Source: a virus
Length of the DNA stretch: 64,000 nt
Virus record (IMG/VR): IMGVR_UViG_3300045988_109836
Strand: one strand, 5' to 3'
Under the pieces are notes generated by a model that searched no databases, was not told where the DNA came from, and worked only from the letters and a program-made list of their open reading frames with translations. Below are positions 61,895 through 64,000 of the stretch, one piece after another. The position numbers and the translations under genes are program-made. Position 1 is the stretch's first letter. The number at the start of each line of letters is the position of its first letter.

Positions 61895-64000
61895 TATTCA
61901 AGTCCTCCAAAAAATTTTCTGTTCAAAAAATAATCAAACTGTTGCTTGTCAACTTTAGGGTTATCGTAATTCGTTATCTCTCCACTTTCTGCTTCCTTTG
62001 CCTTTTGCCTCAATCCGCTTAAATCCACCAACTTGAAATAATCTGGCGTAAATCCAGACGCTGATTTTTCAGAAACGGAGTTGTCATTTCTTTTTACTGC
62101 TTCCATCAGATTTCCTTTCAGTATAGGAACATAGAACCCTCTTTCTACCTGCAAAACTGTACGTCTGTCCACCCCGTCACGATTAAATGATATGGTATTG
62201 GTTACATTCGTCACATAGAAAAATTCGTTCGTACTTTGATTCAGTACAAAGGTGCCTATCTTTATACGTCTGTCTCCGTTTATTTCAATTGTTCCACAAC
62301 GTGTAAAAGGCACGTACATATTACTTTCAACAAGATAAATCAAGTCGTTCAACATCGTTGCCTGGTAAGTAGAAAATATCTTCTTGTTTTCCGCTCCGTT
62401 CTGTATCATACGAATACAGTACATGTCCACGAAATCCATCTTTCTGTTTCCCCATCTTTCTACATATTCTTCCAGGTACACAATAGGGACAAATGCCAAT
62501 CCCGGCTTGTCTTTTCCACCAACTTGTGAATTCTGTCCGTGTAACTGGAACCAGGTGTAAACCCGTGGGTCATAACTCAAATTATAGGAGATAACGTTGT
62601 CCGGCGTTATGGTTATATAGTTTTCCGACTTGAACGCATCCTTTATCGCCTTTTCCGTAAACGGGGGTTGTCTTACAATAATGTCTATCGTGTTTATATA
62701 GGTGTCAAAGAAAAATTCTGTCAAAGGATATTGACAAATCCTGTCCATATATTCCATCAACGTTCCGTTCGGATTTCCAAGGCCCGTATCGGTCACAATC
62801 CTTTCCATTATTTCGTTGGATATCTCCAGTTTCACAATCTGCCATATTCCACGTACCGGGACACCGCTTGTTCCGGGTATATCATAAGCGCTTGTTCTTT
62901 TGTCCTTCCAGGAAGAAAACACATCATCCTTGCATACCCCGATAGAAGACATTATGTTTATGATGAACCAGATACATTCGTTTATCGTCTTGTACCCCAA
63001 ATTCCATATAAACTGGTATGCTCCGCCTATTACATTTCTCCCATCCCATACACCACCAGTTTTCCGCGCCAACCAATTCTGCACCGTATTATTGACGTTT
63101 TCAAGCGGTATAAAATAACTTCCATCCTCTACAAACATCTTTGTAATGTCCCGTCCGCTTATAACAGTGCTCTTTGAATTGTCTTCCGAAGAATAGGTTT
63201 CCATTACGCTATCTACAAAGCCTATCATATCCCACACGTTATAATTCGGCCCGTTATTTGCAAGCTTATTCAGAGATACAAACAAGTTGTTGGCATCCTC
63301 ACTGTCCGAACTCCCTTCAAGCCTCAACCGTTCAAACCGGACAAACACTATATCGTTTATCTGCACCACCTTTTCAAGATATGATTTGTAATCATATCCT
63401 TTAGGTGTCACAACCGGGAATATATCATAATATCCAGCCCCGTACACATTCGATAAATTAGCATCCTTAAAAGGCGTTATATTGATTGAAAATGTTCCGT
63501 TCTTGAATCCCTTGTCAGTAGAACAAGTATTTACAAACTGGCTTACATCCACCACCTTGTTTATCGCCTTGCAATATATCCATACCTTTATATTGATAGG
63601 CTGTACTTTCGTTCTTACCGCCTTCTCCTCGTCCATTGCGACAACGTTATCCGGCACATACCCCTCCTTATCTTCCAAAAGCTTTTTCAAGTTTTCGGAC
63701 CAATAAGCGGAAAACGGGCGTTGCTTCATGAACATCTCGCTTTTTGCCGCCTTCTGAATAAGCAAGGGAGAATCTTTTATGGTGAAAGATAGAGGTGTAT
63801 TCGGCTTTATATACGGCAAATCCTTGCTGGAATACTCGGCTTTATATTTCTCTTTCTCCCAATCGTCATATGTAGCCCATATAGCATCCAGGTTTGATAT
63901 TCCGGACACCTCGTTTACAATATCCATAAATTCCGGAACCGTCAGTTTTTTTGCTTCTGGTGTATCTGGTCCCAATCCCTTTTGCCACTCCTCTATAAAA
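61894..64000 (-). CDS. hypothetical tail/baseplate protein, 5'-truncated by the window edge
   Basis: The frame stays open to position 63999 (...FIEEWQKGLGPDTPEAKK...), so the true start lies beyond the window. Confidence 0.75.
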   Translation of the reverse strand, partial: FIEEWQKGLGPDTPEAKKLTVPEFMDIVNEVSGISNLDAIWATYDDWEKEKYKAEYSSKDLPYIKPNTPLSFTIKDSPLLIQKAAKSEMFMKQRPFSAYWSENLKKLLEDKEGYVPDNVVAMDEEKAVRTKVQPINIKVWIYCKAINKVVDVSQFVNTCSTDKGFKNGTFSINITPFKDANLSNVYGAGYYDIFPVVTPKGYDYKSYLEKVVQINDIVFVRFERLRLEGSSDSEDANNLFVSLNKLANNGPNYNVWDMIGFVDSVMETYSSEDNSKSTVISGRDITKMFVEDGSYFIPLENVNNTVQNWLARKTGGVWDGRNVIGGAYQFIWNLGYKTINECIWFIINIMSSIGVCKDDVFSSWKDKRTSAYDIPGTSGVPVRGIWQIVKLEISNEIMERIVTDTGLGNPNGTLMEYMDRICQYPLTEFFFDTYINTIDIIVRQPPFTEKAIKDAFKSENYITITPDNVISYNLSYDPRVYTWFQLHGQNSQVGGKDKPGLAFVPIVYLEEYVERWGNRKMDFVDMYCIRMIQNGAENKKIFSTYQATMLNDLIYLVESNMYVPFTRCGTIEINGDRRIKIGTFVLNQSTNEFFYVTNVTNTISFNRDGVDRRTVLQVERGFYVPILKGNLMEAVKRNDNSVSEKSASGFTPDYFKLVDLSGLRQKAKEAESGEITNYDNPKVDKQQFDYFLNRKFFGGLE

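Noticed and set aside
1-64000. CRISPR arrays, diversity-generating retroelement, integrase or attachment sites, rRNA or tRNA genes
   Set aside because: I saw no short direct repeats regularly spaced with unique spacers, no reverse-transcriptase motifs (YxDD) in any ORF, no recombinase motifs, and no cloverleaf-compatible intergenic segments.

Overview
The window looks like part of a large double-stranded DNA phage genome, probably a contractile-tailed phage with a P2/Mu-like baseplate gene order. Almost everything is transcribed on the minus strand. The host is probably a Bacteroidota species, because TAnnTTTG -7 boxes recur upstream of operons. Positions 1-40.2 kb hold lysis genes, small early ORFs and a replication/recombination module. 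That module contains a UvrD-like helicase, RNase H, an SNF2 helicase, NAD-dependent ligase, a RuvC-like resolvase, Rad50/Mre11-like proteins, RecA, a gp32-like single-stranded DNA-binding protein (SSB), a split DnaE, MazG, primase and a DnaB-like helicase. A solo TnpB gene is inserted in it. Positions 40.3-64 kb are a baseplate/tail-fibre module with an 1818-aa fibre protein carrying leucine-rich repeats (LRRs) and a 3420-aa baseplate-J/fibre fusion. Four observations stand out. (1) A perfect 81-bp inverted repeat (47240-47320 and 50280-50360) brackets a mirror-symmetric 3121-bp segment. Inversion would swap the C-terminal 484 residues of the 3420-aa protein for a promoterless paralogous cassette, as in the Mu G segment, but no invertase gene is in the window. 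(2) The DnaE polymerase is split, and its catalytic SMPDIDTDF motif lies in the unannotated gap, interrupted by a 24-nt insert that carries a UGA and a UUCG hairpin. This is a candidate for ribosomal bypassing or other recoding. (3) The C-terminal DnaE part contains a 136-aa mini-intein. (4) A conserved promoter family with a 22-bp palindrome occurs 7 times. All functional calls come from motifs read by eye; no database search was possible.
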